A stretch of 64,000 nucleotides of DNA from an uncultured Acidobacteriota bacterium (GTDB taxonomy: Bacteria > Acidobacteriota > Blastocatellia > RBC074), in contig CAWCKY010000004.1 in NCBI GenBank assembly GCA_963796275.1, positions 736,001 through 800,000 of the forward strand, in the 5' to 3' direction. The number at the start of each line of letters is the position of its first letter. Position 1 is the first letter of the stretch. Below are positions 22,281-31,952 of this stretch, in pieces. Made by a program: the position numbers and the translations under genes. Below the pieces are notes generated by a model. The model made no database searches. It saw nothing but the letters and a program-made list of their open reading frames with translations, and had not been told where the DNA came from.

Positions 22281-23420
22281 TTAAAAAAGCGGCAGGCCCG
22301 TTAGCGACTTGCCGATGAAATCGTAGAGCGCGTCCGCGGTCGGAGCCATGACGACCGAGGCGCGCGCATCGCGAAAGTTCCGCTCCACGCCGATTTCCTT
22401 TCGGAATGCCGCGCCGCCGCACAGCCTCATCGCGAGATCGGTAACTTCCGTGGCGATCTCGCCTGCTGCGGCTTTGCTTTCGAGCACCCTCATCATCGCG
22501 TCCGCGCGTCCGCTTGCGAGCGCGGCGAGCGCGTCATCCAACAATGCTCGCAGGAGGTCGACCTTGATCTTCATCTTCGCGAGATATGCGCGATTAATCG
22601 GCTGGTCGGCCAGCGTCTGGTTGAGGTGCTCATAACGCGTCGTCGTCAGGTGTGTGATGGTCTTCTGGAGCGCCGCCTCGCTGATGCCGAGCGAAATGGA
22701 CGCGCTCATCAACTGAAAATAAGGCAGGACGGTTCCCATCATAATCTCGAAGCCCTGCCCATCCGCGCCGAGTATCGCATTCGCGCCGACGATCACGGCC
22801 TCCGCCTGCACGGGCGACGAGTGATTGCCGCGCATGCCCATTCCGTTAAAAGGCGCGTTGATGCTCAATCCCGCGGCATTTGCCGGCACCAGCCAGATCG
22901 TGCTCGCGCCATCGGCCGCTAACGGCTTACTCGACCAGACGTACGAATCGGCCTGCCCGGCGGATGTCGCCCAGCTCTTCTTGGCGTCCAGACGCACGCC
23001 GTTATCCGCTCTGATCGCCGTGCTCAGCGGCGCCCAGAATTGGCTGCGCGAACCGCTCTCGGAGAAAGCGAGCGTAGTGATATGTTGGCCGCGCGCTACG
23101 TCTGCACGCACGTCGCGCGGGCCGAACGCTTCGATGACGGCCGCGCCGCAATAATGCATGCAAACGATCATCGCCGTCGAAGCGCATTCGCGGGAGATGC
23201 GCTCGACCACCTGCACGGCGGCGCGATGTCCTTCGCCCAGACCGCCGATATTCTTGCTGCTGATAAGACCCAGCAGACCGGCTTGTCCCATGGCCGTCAG
23301 CGCGGCGCGCGGAAAAGCGCCGGAGCTATCTGTTTCAGCGGCCGCAGGCGCGATGATTTCTATTGAAATGCGCTCGATTAGCTCGAGCCAGGAAGGTGCA
23401 TTCGTGGCTACCATATACAT
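22281..23420 (-). CDS. Acyl-CoA dehydrogenase-superfamily flavoprotein, non-canonical
   Basis: LAFSESGS, KSWAT, GMRG, ERNFRDAR motifs; MAPT in place of IYEGT; GGAGG RBS. Confidence 0.9.
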   Translation of the reverse strand: MYMVATNAPSWLELIERISIEIIAPAAAETDSSGAFPRAALTAMGQAGLLGLISSKNIGGLGEGHRAAVQVVERISRECASTAMIVCMHYCGAAVIEAFGPRDVRADVARGQHITTLAFSESGSRSQFWAPLSTAIRADNGVRLDAKKSWATSAGQADSYVWSSKPLAADGASTIWLVPANAAGLSINAPFNGMGMRGNHSSPVQAEAVIVGANAILGADGQGFEIMMGTVLPYFQLMSASISLGISEAALQKTITHLTTTRYEHLNQTLADQPINRAYLAKMKIKVDLLRALLDDALAALASGRADAMMRVLESKAAAGEIATEVTDLAMRLCGGAAFRKEIGVERNFRDARASVVMAPTADALYDFIGKSLTGLPLF

Positions 23421-23696
23421 AACCTCCGCCCGGATAGACTGATGTCTTGTTGTATAGCTCTGGCTTCGGAGCCCACGCGCTCCCAGGAGGCGAGTGACTA
23501 ACGAAGGCAGGAGAATCGCATCACGTGCGATTGTGGATTAACTCATCGGTAGAATCCCATATGATTCCTTTATTCGTACTTAAAGTGGATGAGAAGTGAT
23601 GGTATACGAGAAGAGTGTGAAAAACAAAAAAGCCTGGATCGTCGCGTTGAATTAGCCGTATATCTTTGGCCTTTGCAAAATAAATGCAACACCATA

Positions 23697-23780
23697 AATC
23701 CCCCCCGAGGTAGTCGGTCGATCGTTAAGTCCCAACCTAACTGATCCTCTTTTCACCAATCCCGCCCATTCCGTCGGTGG
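23697..23780. repeat. REP-like element family B (degenerate)
   Basis: AATCCCCCCGAGGTAGTCGGTCGATCGTTAAGTCCCAACCTA matches 44724-44767. Confidence 0.7.
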
Positions 23781-23854
23781 TTTTCGTGAAAGATGCTGCT
23801 TCACGCGAAAATTCAGGCAATGATAAGCCTACTACCTAACGCCATATTTTTTTC

Positions 23855-23884
23855 TTGCACCTGTGGTAAAAACCTTTGTAAAAT
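23855..23884 (+). promoter_or_regulatory. sigma70-like promoter TTGCAC-N18-TAAAAT
   Basis: Position and spacing conserved with 213-242. Confidence 0.5.
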
Positions 23885-23972
23885 TATCGAGTTGGAAGGC
23901 GTTAGGGTAAGTAATACGTTCTTTTCGATTCGCTCGAGATCATTTCAAATCGAACTCTTCGTCTGAGGAGCC

Positions 23973-25658
23973 ATGTCAATGATTCACCTCGCACGCATCA
24001 TTCTTCCCGGCATCATCAATTCACTATTTTTCGCCGTCATCCTTGCCCAGAACCCGTCTGTGCGCACGGCCTCGATCAGCGGGCGAGTGACGGTCGATGG
24101 AAAGCCGGCGCCCAACGGCCTGGTGACCGTGGTCGAGGTCGATCCCAAAATAGAAGGCGCTCGCATCATTCAATCGAACGGCCGCGAAGCCGTCGATCGG
24201 CTCGGATATAAAGCCACGACCAATGGGGATGGCAGCTACCTTCTCACCGGCTTACCGGCAGGACAATTTAGAATTTCGGCTTTATCGCTTGCATACGTAC
24301 CGGATGATAAAGCTCAGGATGAAGCAGGCACAAAACAGATAACGTTGGACGATGGCGAAGCACGCGAGGATGTGGACTTCGCGTTGATACGAGGCGGGGT
24401 GGTTACGGGCCGCGTCACTGATGATGAGAACAGGCCTCAGATCGGGAGGACTGTCAGGTTGACCCTTCTGCTCGACGATGGTCAGAAAAGAGAGGTTTCC
24501 CGGAGAAGAGGACAATCGTTTGAAACCGATGACCGCGGCGTTTTTAGAATCTACGGCCTGCGAGCAGGACGATATATCGCCAACGCGGAAGCCGAGAACT
24601 ACAGATTGGATGGTAAGAAGTTTGAACTCACCTATCATCCGAACACGGCCAATGAAGAGCAAGCACGAGTCTTCGAGGTTAAAACTGGGAGCGAGATTGC
24701 GGGCATCGATATCAGGTTGGTGAATCTCCCGAAGACCTATGAGATCCTGGGCCGAGTGACTGAAGCTGAGAACGGAAAGCCAGTCCCGCAAATCAGGGTC
24801 TATTGCAGAGCGGTGACGAAGCCAGAGGATATATATGGCAACGGTGTGTCGGACGGGCTAACCGACCTTCAGGGCAACTTTCATATGGCCGGTTTGAAAC
24901 CGGGTAAATATAGAGTCGTCTTGAACTCTAGGAATTCTGATCATCCTTTCTATGGCGAGGGTAAATATTTCGAGATAAATAGCGAGAACGCCAGTGGAAT
25001 CGATTTTATAGTCAACCGGGGCGGCACAGTCAGCGGAGTGGTCGCATTTGAAGGCGGCAAAGACAGATCAATCGAAGCCAAACTCTATCAAACCCAGGTT
25101 TGGATGATCGTCACGCGCGATCTCGGTAAAGGGCCTAAGACGGAAGCAACAAATTTCTCACAGCTTTCTCCGGACGGGAGCTTTCACTTCATCGGATTAC
25201 CACCGGGAAAACTGCGTTTAGGTTTTTTGAACAGCAATGGCCCATTCTTCGTGCTTCGCGTTGAACGCGACGGTATCGTACAAACCGATGATATCAATGT
25301 CGGGCCCGGAGAGAACATCTCTGGAGTAAAGCTCATCACCGCGCACGGCGACGGAGTTATTCGCGGTGAGGTGAAAGTCACGGGTGGAACGCTACCTGAG
25401 AACTGCGATCTCTCTGTTATGGCCAGGCTGATCGGTCAAAGTTTCGGCCAGCCAGTGAGGGCCGACGGGAAGGGCAGATTTCTGATCGAGGGGCTACTAC
25501 CCGGCGAATATAGCTGGGAAATAAGTTACTCGCTTAAACCCGGAATGAGGACGACGCAGTCGGTTGTCGATCAAAATGTTTATGTCAGAAGCGGAGCCGA
25601 TACCACTGCCACCATTACACTGAACCTGAACGGTAAGATCAATAGAGCCGATAAATGA
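23973..25658 (+). CDS. Carboxypeptidase regulatory-like domain protein (exported, repeated beta-sandwich)
   Basis: GAGGAG RBS; signal peptide; repeated SGRV...GxF...GLPPGxY units; full-length paralog of 374..1474. Confidence 0.85.
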   Translation: MSMIHLARIILPGIINSLFFAVILAQNPSVRTASISGRVTVDGKPAPNGLVTVVEVDPKIEGARIIQSNGREAVDRLGYKATTNGDGSYLLTGLPAGQFRISALSLAYVPDDKAQDEAGTKQITLDDGEAREDVDFALIRGGVVTGRVTDDENRPQIGRTVRLTLLLDDGQKREVSRRRGQSFETDDRGVFRIYGLRAGRYIANAEAENYRLDGKKFELTYHPNTANEEQARVFEVKTGSEIAGIDIRLVNLPKTYEILGRVTEAENGKPVPQIRVYCRAVTKPEDIYGNGVSDGLTDLQGNFHMAGLKPGKYRVVLNSRNSDHPFYGEGKYFEINSENASGIDFIVNRGGTVSGVVAFEGGKDRSIEAKLYQTQVWMIVTRDLGKGPKTEATNFSQLSPDGSFHFIGLPPGKLRLGFLNSNGPFFVLRVERDGIVQTDDINVGPGENISGVKLITAHGDGVIRGEVKVTGGTLPENCDLSVMARLIGQSFGQPVRADGKGRFLIEGLLPGEYSWEISYSLKPGMRTTQSVVDQNVYVRSGADTTATITLNLNGKINRADK

Positions 25659-27412
25659 ATCGATCGATATACCTTTTCATCATCCTGCTTATGTTAATCG
25701 CCGGCACGGGAGCCACGAAGCCTGCCAGTGGTCGTAAAGACGAGCTTTTCCGGAATGGGGTGATCACGGGCCGTGTGATCTTGGAGGATGGAAGCCCTGC
25801 TGAAGGTGTGCGAGTCAGTATCATGAGAGTCGGTATAAAACAGACATCCTTGCATCATTCAATGCAAAACTTCAGCACCGACAGCGAGGGCAATTTTAAA
25901 GCGACGGGTCTCGTGCCGGGGGTTTACAATTTGTATGCCTCCCTCGCAGGGTACGTGACAGCTCCCACTCCTGGCGCATCGCCCCTACACCGCATCGGCG
26001 AACACGTGACGATCAACCTGGTTAAGGGTGGGGTGATCACCGGCGTCGTGACCGATGTGCGTGGCGAGCCGAAGATCGGCGAGTACGTCTACGCGTGCAG
26101 GGTACGTGACGCCGAAGGGAGTCCTTTAATTGAGGGACGACGCACGTACTCCGTGGGTGCTAATACAGACGACCGGGGCATTTACCGCATCTACGGCCTC
26201 AATCCCGGCAGTTACATACTCAGAGTCAATGCTGGATTGGGCGCCTCTGCCGGAGGTGCTCAATTACAAAACGGTTCCCCGACCTATCATCCATCGTCGA
26301 CGCGCGGCGGCGCCACCGAAATTACCGTCGATGCCGGTGAGGAGGTCACCGGCATACACATTCAGTTTCGCAGTCAGCCGGGGTACGCGGTTACCGGGAT
26401 ATTTTCAGGTGAAATCGAGACGGATAATCCAGGCAATGGGCCGAGGGTGGCTTTGTTAAATATCAACAGCGGGCAGATCGAATCTGAAAGTTACGCCAGT
26501 AATTCGAATCGCTTTGTATTCTACGGCGTGCCGGATGGTGATTACGAAATATTCGCGCACCGGTATTCTCAATTGCGAGGCAATGCAGGCGCATCGTCGG
26601 TCCGCATCCAGGTCAGTGGCGCAGACGTGACCGGGATCGAACTCAAACTCTTCATGCTCAGTTCGATCAGCGGCCGCGTCTCGATTGAGCATTCATCAAC
26701 TTCCTGTCAGAGCGAAGAGAAGCTCGGGGTCGAAGAGCTATATCTGTCAGCCGAGAGTATCGAACCGAAGAAACAATCTAAAAACCCTTTCTTCGCATGG
26801 GATGATTACCGGTTCAATTCACGCACCGGAGTGTTGAATGAGAAGCGGGAGTTCGCTTTGAACAATCTCGAGCCGGGGCGTTATCGCATCGTGGCCGATC
26901 TACCCCGGGAGAACTGGTACGTTCGCGCCATCAATCAACCGGCGCCGGGAAAAACGAAAAGCCCGATCGACACTTCACGCGCCGGCATTGCGGTAAAGCG
27001 AGGAGAAAATCTCTCAGGGGTAGAGGTCATCGTCGCCGAGGGCGCCGCGAGTTTGAGCGGCCGCATCGTCTTTGCCGACGAACTTCAATCGAAAACCAGC
27101 GAGAGACCGCTATCGCGTTATCGCGTCCATTTAATCCCGGCGGAGAGCACGGCTGCCGAGAATCTCCTGCGATATTTCGAAACGCCCGCAGGTTCGGACG
27201 GAACGTTCGCCTTCAAAAAGCTGGCGCCGGGTAAGTATTGGATATTGGCGAAGCAGTTGCCCGATGGCGAGTCGGTTGAAGGTCAAACGAAGCCGGCGGC
27301 CTGGGATGCGGACGAACGCGCGAAAATGCGACGCGAAGCGGAGAAGAATGTTATTGAACTTCAGCCGTGCCATCGAGTGAATGACTATGTCTTGCGTGCG
27401 AATCTACGATGA
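25655..27412 (+). CDS. Carboxypeptidase regulatory-like domain protein
   Basis: ATGA overlap with the upstream gene; signal peptide; GVITGRV, TDDRGIYRIYGL.PG.Y, LAPGKYW. Confidence 0.85.
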   Translation: MNRSIYLFIILLMLIAGTGATKPASGRKDELFRNGVITGRVILEDGSPAEGVRVSIMRVGIKQTSLHHSMQNFSTDSEGNFKATGLVPGVYNLYASLAGYVTAPTPGASPLHRIGEHVTINLVKGGVITGVVTDVRGEPKIGEYVYACRVRDAEGSPLIEGRRTYSVGANTDDRGIYRIYGLNPGSYILRVNAGLGASAGGAQLQNGSPTYHPSSTRGGATEITVDAGEEVTGIHIQFRSQPGYAVTGIFSGEIETDNPGNGPRVALLNINSGQIESESYASNSNRFVFYGVPDGDYEIFAHRYSQLRGNAGASSVRIQVSGADVTGIELKLFMLSSISGRVSIEHSSTSCQSEEKLGVEELYLSAESIEPKKQSKNPFFAWDDYRFNSRTGVLNEKREFALNNLEPGRYRIVADLPRENWYVRAINQPAPGKTKSPIDTSRAGIAVKRGENLSGVEVIVAEGAASLSGRIVFADELQSKTSERPLSRYRVHLIPAESTAAENLLRYFETPAGSDGTFAFKKLAPGKYWILAKQLPDGESVEGQTKPAAWDADERAKMRREAEKNVIELQPCHRVNDYVLRANLR

Positions 27413-27543
27413 CCATCTTAAAAACCCCGGATCACGAACTGTTCTCCCTCTGCTTCACCGGCCAACTGCCAGTACTCCAGAGGCAATTGAGTGAAGCGTG
27501 TGCAAAATTAAAGTCCAACAGAATCAATCAATTGTCTCGTATC

Positions 27544-27687
27544 AGCGCCGGAGGCGCGTAATGTCTATAGTTCACGATCCTAACCATAACCCGAGCTCCG
27601 GAGGAGCGATATATGACATGTCGCTCCTCCGGAGCTCGTGAATCTTTGGTAATCGAATACTATAAACATAAAGCGCCTCTGGCGCTC
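27544..27687. repeat. REP/BIME-like nested palindrome, family C
   Basis: AGCGCCGGAGGCGC...GAGCTCCGGAGGAGCGA/TCGCTCCTCCGGAGCTC...GCGCCTCTGGCGCT. Confidence 0.75.
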
Positions 27688-27779
27688 GAAGATGTTGATT
27701 CCAATGAACTTTTATTTGCACTGTCTTAAATTGAGTAAAAGCCAGCAACAAAGGAAAGACACAACTGAACCTATTGTTT

Positions 27780-27948
27780 GGAGCTCCGCTTAAGCGGTCA
27801 GAACGATACGTGCGGAATGGAAAGACCGCGTAAACGCGGGACTCCAAACACAGGCTCTCTCAGTTCGGAGTTCACGCCTTCAGGCGGTCAGATCATCACG
27901 CGCGGAATAAAGAAGACCGCGTAAACGCGGAACTCCAAACACAGGCTG
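27780..27948. repeat. Two tandem ~90-bp REP doublets, family D
   Basis: GGAG...GCGGTCAGA...GCGGAAT...GACCGCGTAAACGCGG.ACTCCAAACACAGGCT occurs twice. Confidence 0.8.
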
Positions 27949-27951
27949 TCA

Positions 27952-29253
27952 TCACCGTTTAATTTGTGCCAGCGCCGTTTTCGGTATTTTCGCTACGATG
28001 CTGACTTGCGTGCCGACCAGATCGGCTACATCGTACCTCACCGCAAACCCCATGATCATCGCCGATTCAGTCGAATTCAGCTTGTAGTCGACTTCGAGCC
28101 AACGAGCCATATCGGTCGTCGCGCGCTCCAATGCCTGATCGAGCGAGCCTCCGATTCCGATCGCCATTATATATTCCGAGTTCTCGGCCCGCGGCGTGCC
28201 GATCGGTTTCTCAGAGATCACATCGACTGTGAATTCGAACTCCATCGAGGTTTCCAGCGCGTCCCCCGTCAGTTCGCCATCACCCTGCGCGGCGTGGCCA
28301 TCGCCCATGAAGAGCAATGCGCCTTCGTAGAATACCGGAAGATAGACTGTCGTACCTTCGCGAATCTGGTTGTAGTCCATATTGCCGCCGAAGACGCCTG
28401 AATCCCCCGTCCTGATCACATTTCCGCCCGGCGGGGCGACTCCCACGCAGCCGAGCATCGGTTGCAGCGGAACTGTGAAGCTCTTAAGTGGATCGGTCGG
28501 TTGTTCGAGATAAGCGATCCCCTTCTCTTTGTCGAGCTTCCAGCGGCTGTTGAAGTTCTGCGCGCGTTTCAGGTTCATCAAGTATCCGGGACCGAGCGCA
28601 TTGCCCACGATCCCCTGCCCGCTCTGCGCCCAGTCACGGTTGGTTCGAACGCGATTCAATTTGACCACCAGAGTGTCGCCCGGCATCGCGCCTTCGATGA
28701 AGAACGGGCCGGTCAACGGATTACCGCCCAATGATCGACGGACGGACTTTTCATCCGTGCCCCCGGCGTCGACGCTCCTGGTTTTCACTGTGTCGCCCGG
28801 AAATATCCGCAGCGCTGGCGCAATGGCATGAGAAAATGTGCGATGGAATTCGGTCGGAGTAAAAGTGTGGGTGCGCGGTCCGCCTTCCGGCCTGACCGCG
28901 GGCCGGCGTGCGCTCCACTGAAGCTTGATTCCGCCCCAGTCGCCATCGCCCTTCAGGGAACTGTCCTGAACTCGCCCCGTGTAGGTGGCCTCCACTCGCC
29001 CGTCGGGTGTCAGCCATTTCAATGTAATGACCGAATCGTCGATTGTGCCCTCGATCTTCGATGGGCCGGCGTTGCCTGTGATCTTGTTGTCTGTGACCTG
29101 CAAGTTCAGGTGGTGAGTGTGGGTTTCATCGTGAAATCGCTCGAACAAAATCCATGCTCCCGAGATGTCATCGCGTTTCGCGGCGGTCGACTGCGCAAGT
29201 GAAGACTGAGACATAAGACCGACCAAAAATAATGTACCCAGAATACGCAACAT
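27952..29253 (-). CDS. Acetamidase/formamidase-family protein with signal peptide and extra N-terminal domain
   Basis: NPLTGPFFIEGAMPGDTL, PMLGCVGVAP, GGNMD, GDGHAAQGDGE. Confidence 0.9.
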   Translation of the reverse strand: MLRILGTLFLVGLMSQSSLAQSTAAKRDDISGAWILFERFHDETHTHHLNLQVTDNKITGNAGPSKIEGTIDDSVITLKWLTPDGRVEATYTGRVQDSSLKGDGDWGGIKLQWSARRPAVRPEGGPRTHTFTPTEFHRTFSHAIAPALRIFPGDTVKTRSVDAGGTDEKSVRRSLGGNPLTGPFFIEGAMPGDTLVVKLNRVRTNRDWAQSGQGIVGNALGPGYLMNLKRAQNFNSRWKLDKEKGIAYLEQPTDPLKSFTVPLQPMLGCVGVAPPGGNVIRTGDSGVFGGNMDYNQIREGTTVYLPVFYEGALLFMGDGHAAQGDGELTGDALETSMEFEFTVDVISEKPIGTPRAENSEYIMAIGIGGSLDQALERATTDMARWLEVDYKLNSTESAMIMGFAVRYDVADLVGTQVSIVAKIPKTALAQIKR

Positions 29254-29273
29254 ATATCCACCTCCTCAAGAAT

Positions 29274-29339
29274 AGTTTTCAGTTTTTAGTTTTAGTTGGG
29301 CGGTCTCGATCGGCAACTAAAAACTAAAAACTGAAAACT
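29274..29339. repeat. Heptamer-arm hairpin element
   Basis: AGTTTTC/AGTTTTT units mirrored around loop GGCGGTCTCGATCGG; second copy at 43716. Confidence 0.85.
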
Positions 29340-29347
29340 GATTTAAG

Positions 29348-31834
29348 TCACTCTTCCCGCAGCGCGATCGTCGGGTCGAGCTTCGCCGCACGGAGCGCCG
29401 GCAATCCCGATGCTATTGCTCCTATGATCAAAAAGAGCATTGCCATTGCTGCGAATGTAACCGGGTCGGTCGCTTTGACTCCGACCAGCATGCTGCTCAT
29501 CGCGCGCGTGAAGCCGAATGCCGCGACCATCCCGATTGCGATGCCTATCATACTCAGGTGCAGTCCCTGTCCGACCACCAGTTTGAAGATGCTTTCCGGC
29601 GTCGCGCCGAGCGCCATCCGGACGCCGATCTCCGACGTTCGCTGCCGCACGACGTTCGACAACACGCCATACAGCCCGATGCTAGCCAGTAGCCCCGCGA
29701 TGACCGCAAAAACGCCGATGAGCAGGAGCGAGAAGCGCGTATTCGTCTGCGCCCGTTTCACCAGCGCTTCCATCGGCTGCATTTCGGTGATCAGCAGGCT
29801 CGGTCTGAACTTTGCGACCTCGGCGCGAATCGCCGCGGCGTACTGCGCCGGGTCGCCCTTGGTGCGAACACCCCAGTAGGTGGCCAGGCGTCTCATATTA
29901 AATCCATTGGTAAAATAGACCTGTTCGCGCCCGGGCTCAGCCAGCGTTGTTTGGCGCTGATGGGCGACGACGCCGATCACTTCGACCCATTGCGGCTCCA
30001 CTGAGGCAAAGCGTACCAGAATCCGCTTCCCGACTGCAGATTCGTTGGGAAAGGCCTTAGCCGCGAAAGACTGGTCGATGATCGCTACTTTCCTCTCCGG
30101 CGTATCGTCCGCTTCGGTGAATACGCGTCCAGCAATGAGCGGCGTGCGGAGCGTTTCGAAGTAACCGGGAAGTACGACCTGCCAATCAGCCGCCTGAAAC
30201 TTGCTCGGATCGGAGAGCGCCTCCGCCATACCCCATCGGAGAGGACTGAACCCTCCCGCAAGCGGGAACGGATAGGAGGCCGTCACGTTTTCGACGCCAG
30301 GCAGCGCGCTCAACCGCCCGTGGAGATCGCGCATGAAAGCGGCGCGCTCCTGCGGCTGGCTCAGATTGCCGGCGCCAAGCAATTGAAACGCGAGAACATT
30401 GTCCGGATCATAACCCAGGTCGATTCGCTGCAATGCGATGAAGCTGCGGATCATCAGGCCCGACCCGATAAGTAATATGAACGAAAGCGCCACCTCTGTA
30501 ACGACCACGGTATTGCGCAGCCATCGCCCGCCTCCCAGCCCGCCCGTGCGACCGATGCCGCGCAGGATGTTCATCACATCCGGCTTCGATGCCTGCAATG
30601 CCGGCGGGAGGCCGAAGATGACGGCCGCCGCCAGCCCCGCCAACGCCGTAAATGCGAGCACAACCGGATCGATCGTAATCGAACCGAGGCGCGGCAAGTT
30701 CGCGGGCGCGATGGCGAGCAGTTGACGGATGCCATACCACGCCAGTCCGAGTCCGAGGAGCGTGCCGGCTCCCGCCAGCAGCAAGGCTTCCACCAGCATC
30801 TGGCGGACCAGGCGCCACCAGCTCCCGCCGAGCGCCGCGCGTATCGCGAGCTCGCGTCGGCGCTGGGACGCCCGCACGAGCAATAGATTTGCCACATTCG
30901 CGCATGCGATGAGCAGAAGAAAGACCACCGCGCCGGTCAGGGCGAGGATGGCGGGTCGAACCTCTTCGACCAGATACTGATGCATCGGCTCCAACCGGAT
31001 ATGGAAGCCAGCGCCCTCCAGTATCGTGTCGCCCTTTCTTTTCTCAGCTCCGACCACATCGCTTTCGGCCTGCGCCTGCTCGATTGTCGCACCTTCTTTT
31101 AAACGGCCGATCACTCGATGAATTACCATGTACCGGTTGGCGGTATCGTAAGTGAGGCGTGCGGCATACCAGATGTCCGGCGTGCGTTCCTCATTCAGCC
31201 TTGGCGGAAGTAGCAGCTCGAACTCCGGCGCCAGCACACCCACGATCAGAGGGCCGCTGCTTCCGCCACTAAACATGCGGTTGCCGATAATGGCTGTACG
31301 CCCACCGTAGCGCTGTTGCCAGTATGAGTAACTGAGGATTGCGATGGTCGGCGTCCCTGGCACGACGCCCGCCTGTTGTTCCGGTTCTTGCGGAGGTGGC
31401 GGTTCACCATCCGCTTCCACAAAATCACGGCCAAAGGCTATTCGCGCGCCGAGCAGCCGGAAGAAGTTGGGCGTGACCGATGCAAAACTGATCTGCTCAC
31501 GCGTGCCATCCTCCTTTGTGATGGTGGTGCGGCTAGTATAGACGCCAGCTACGCTCTCAAACGTCGTCTTCGTCGCTTTGCGAAAGTCGATGAAATCGGT
31601 GTTTGAAAACCGCCAGTCTTTAACATTGCGCTTCCTCATTTCCACATCAGCAAATACCAGCCGATCAGGATTTTCATAGGGAAGCGGCCTGAGCAGCACA
31701 ACGTTAGCGACGCTGAAGATGGCCGTGTTCGCGCCGATGCCGAGAGCGAGCGTGATAATGGCGATCAAGGTGAAGGCCGGCGACTTCACCAGCATCCGTA
31801 CGCCGTAGCGCAAGTCTTGCCACAAGGTCTGCAT
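29348..31834 (-). CDS. ADOP-family ABC permease
   Basis: [15 protein letters not shown] start after GAGGAG; duplicated MacB/FtsX motifs. Confidence 0.95.
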   Translation of the reverse strand: MQTLWQDLRYGVRMLVKSPAFTLIAIITLALGIGANTAIFSVANVVLLRPLPYENPDRLVFADVEMRKRNVKDWRFSNTDFIDFRKATKTTFESVAGVYTSRTTITKEDGTREQISFASVTPNFFRLLGARIAFGRDFVEADGEPPPPQEPEQQAGVVPGTPTIAILSYSYWQQRYGGRTAIIGNRMFSGGSSGPLIVGVLAPEFELLLPPRLNEERTPDIWYAARLTYDTANRYMVIHRVIGRLKEGATIEQAQAESDVVGAEKRKGDTILEGAGFHIRLEPMHQYLVEEVRPAILALTGAVVFLLLIACANVANLLLVRASQRRRELAIRAALGGSWWRLVRQMLVEALLLAGAGTLLGLGLAWYGIRQLLAIAPANLPRLGSITIDPVVLAFTALAGLAAAVIFGLPPALQASKPDVMNILRGIGRTGGLGGGRWLRNTVVVTEVALSFILLIGSGLMIRSFIALQRIDLGYDPDNVLAFQLLGAGNLSQPQERAAFMRDLHGRLSALPGVENVTASYPFPLAGGFSPLRWGMAEALSDPSKFQAADWQVVLPGYFETLRTPLIAGRVFTEADDTPERKVAIIDQSFAAKAFPNESAVGKRILVRFASVEPQWVEVIGVVAHQRQTTLAEPGREQVYFTNGFNMRRLATYWGVRTKGDPAQYAAAIRAEVAKFRPSLLITEMQPMEALVKRAQTNTRFSLLLIGVFAVIAGLLASIGLYGVLSNVVRQRTSEIGVRMALGATPESIFKLVVGQGLHLSMIGIAIGMVAAFGFTRAMSSMLVGVKATDPVTFAAMAMLFLIIGAIASGLPALRAAKLDPTIALREE

Positions 31835-31952
31835 ATTTCTCCTCTGGGAGGCGCCTGGGTACGCATCGCTCCAGCGTGCGGCGTTCCAGACGGCGGATTT
31901 ACACGTTTCACAATGAGGCAATGATCACAAGTTGGATAGTCGAGCCGCTCAC

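Noticed and set aside
23421-23700. Riboswitch or precursor peptide upstream of the ACAD operon
   Set aside because: No known aptamer consensus recognised and only very short ORFs without an RBS; an Rfam scan is still advisable
27544-27948. Possible CRISPR array
   Set aside because: Only two repeat units with similar intervening sequence, REP-like palindromes and no cas genes
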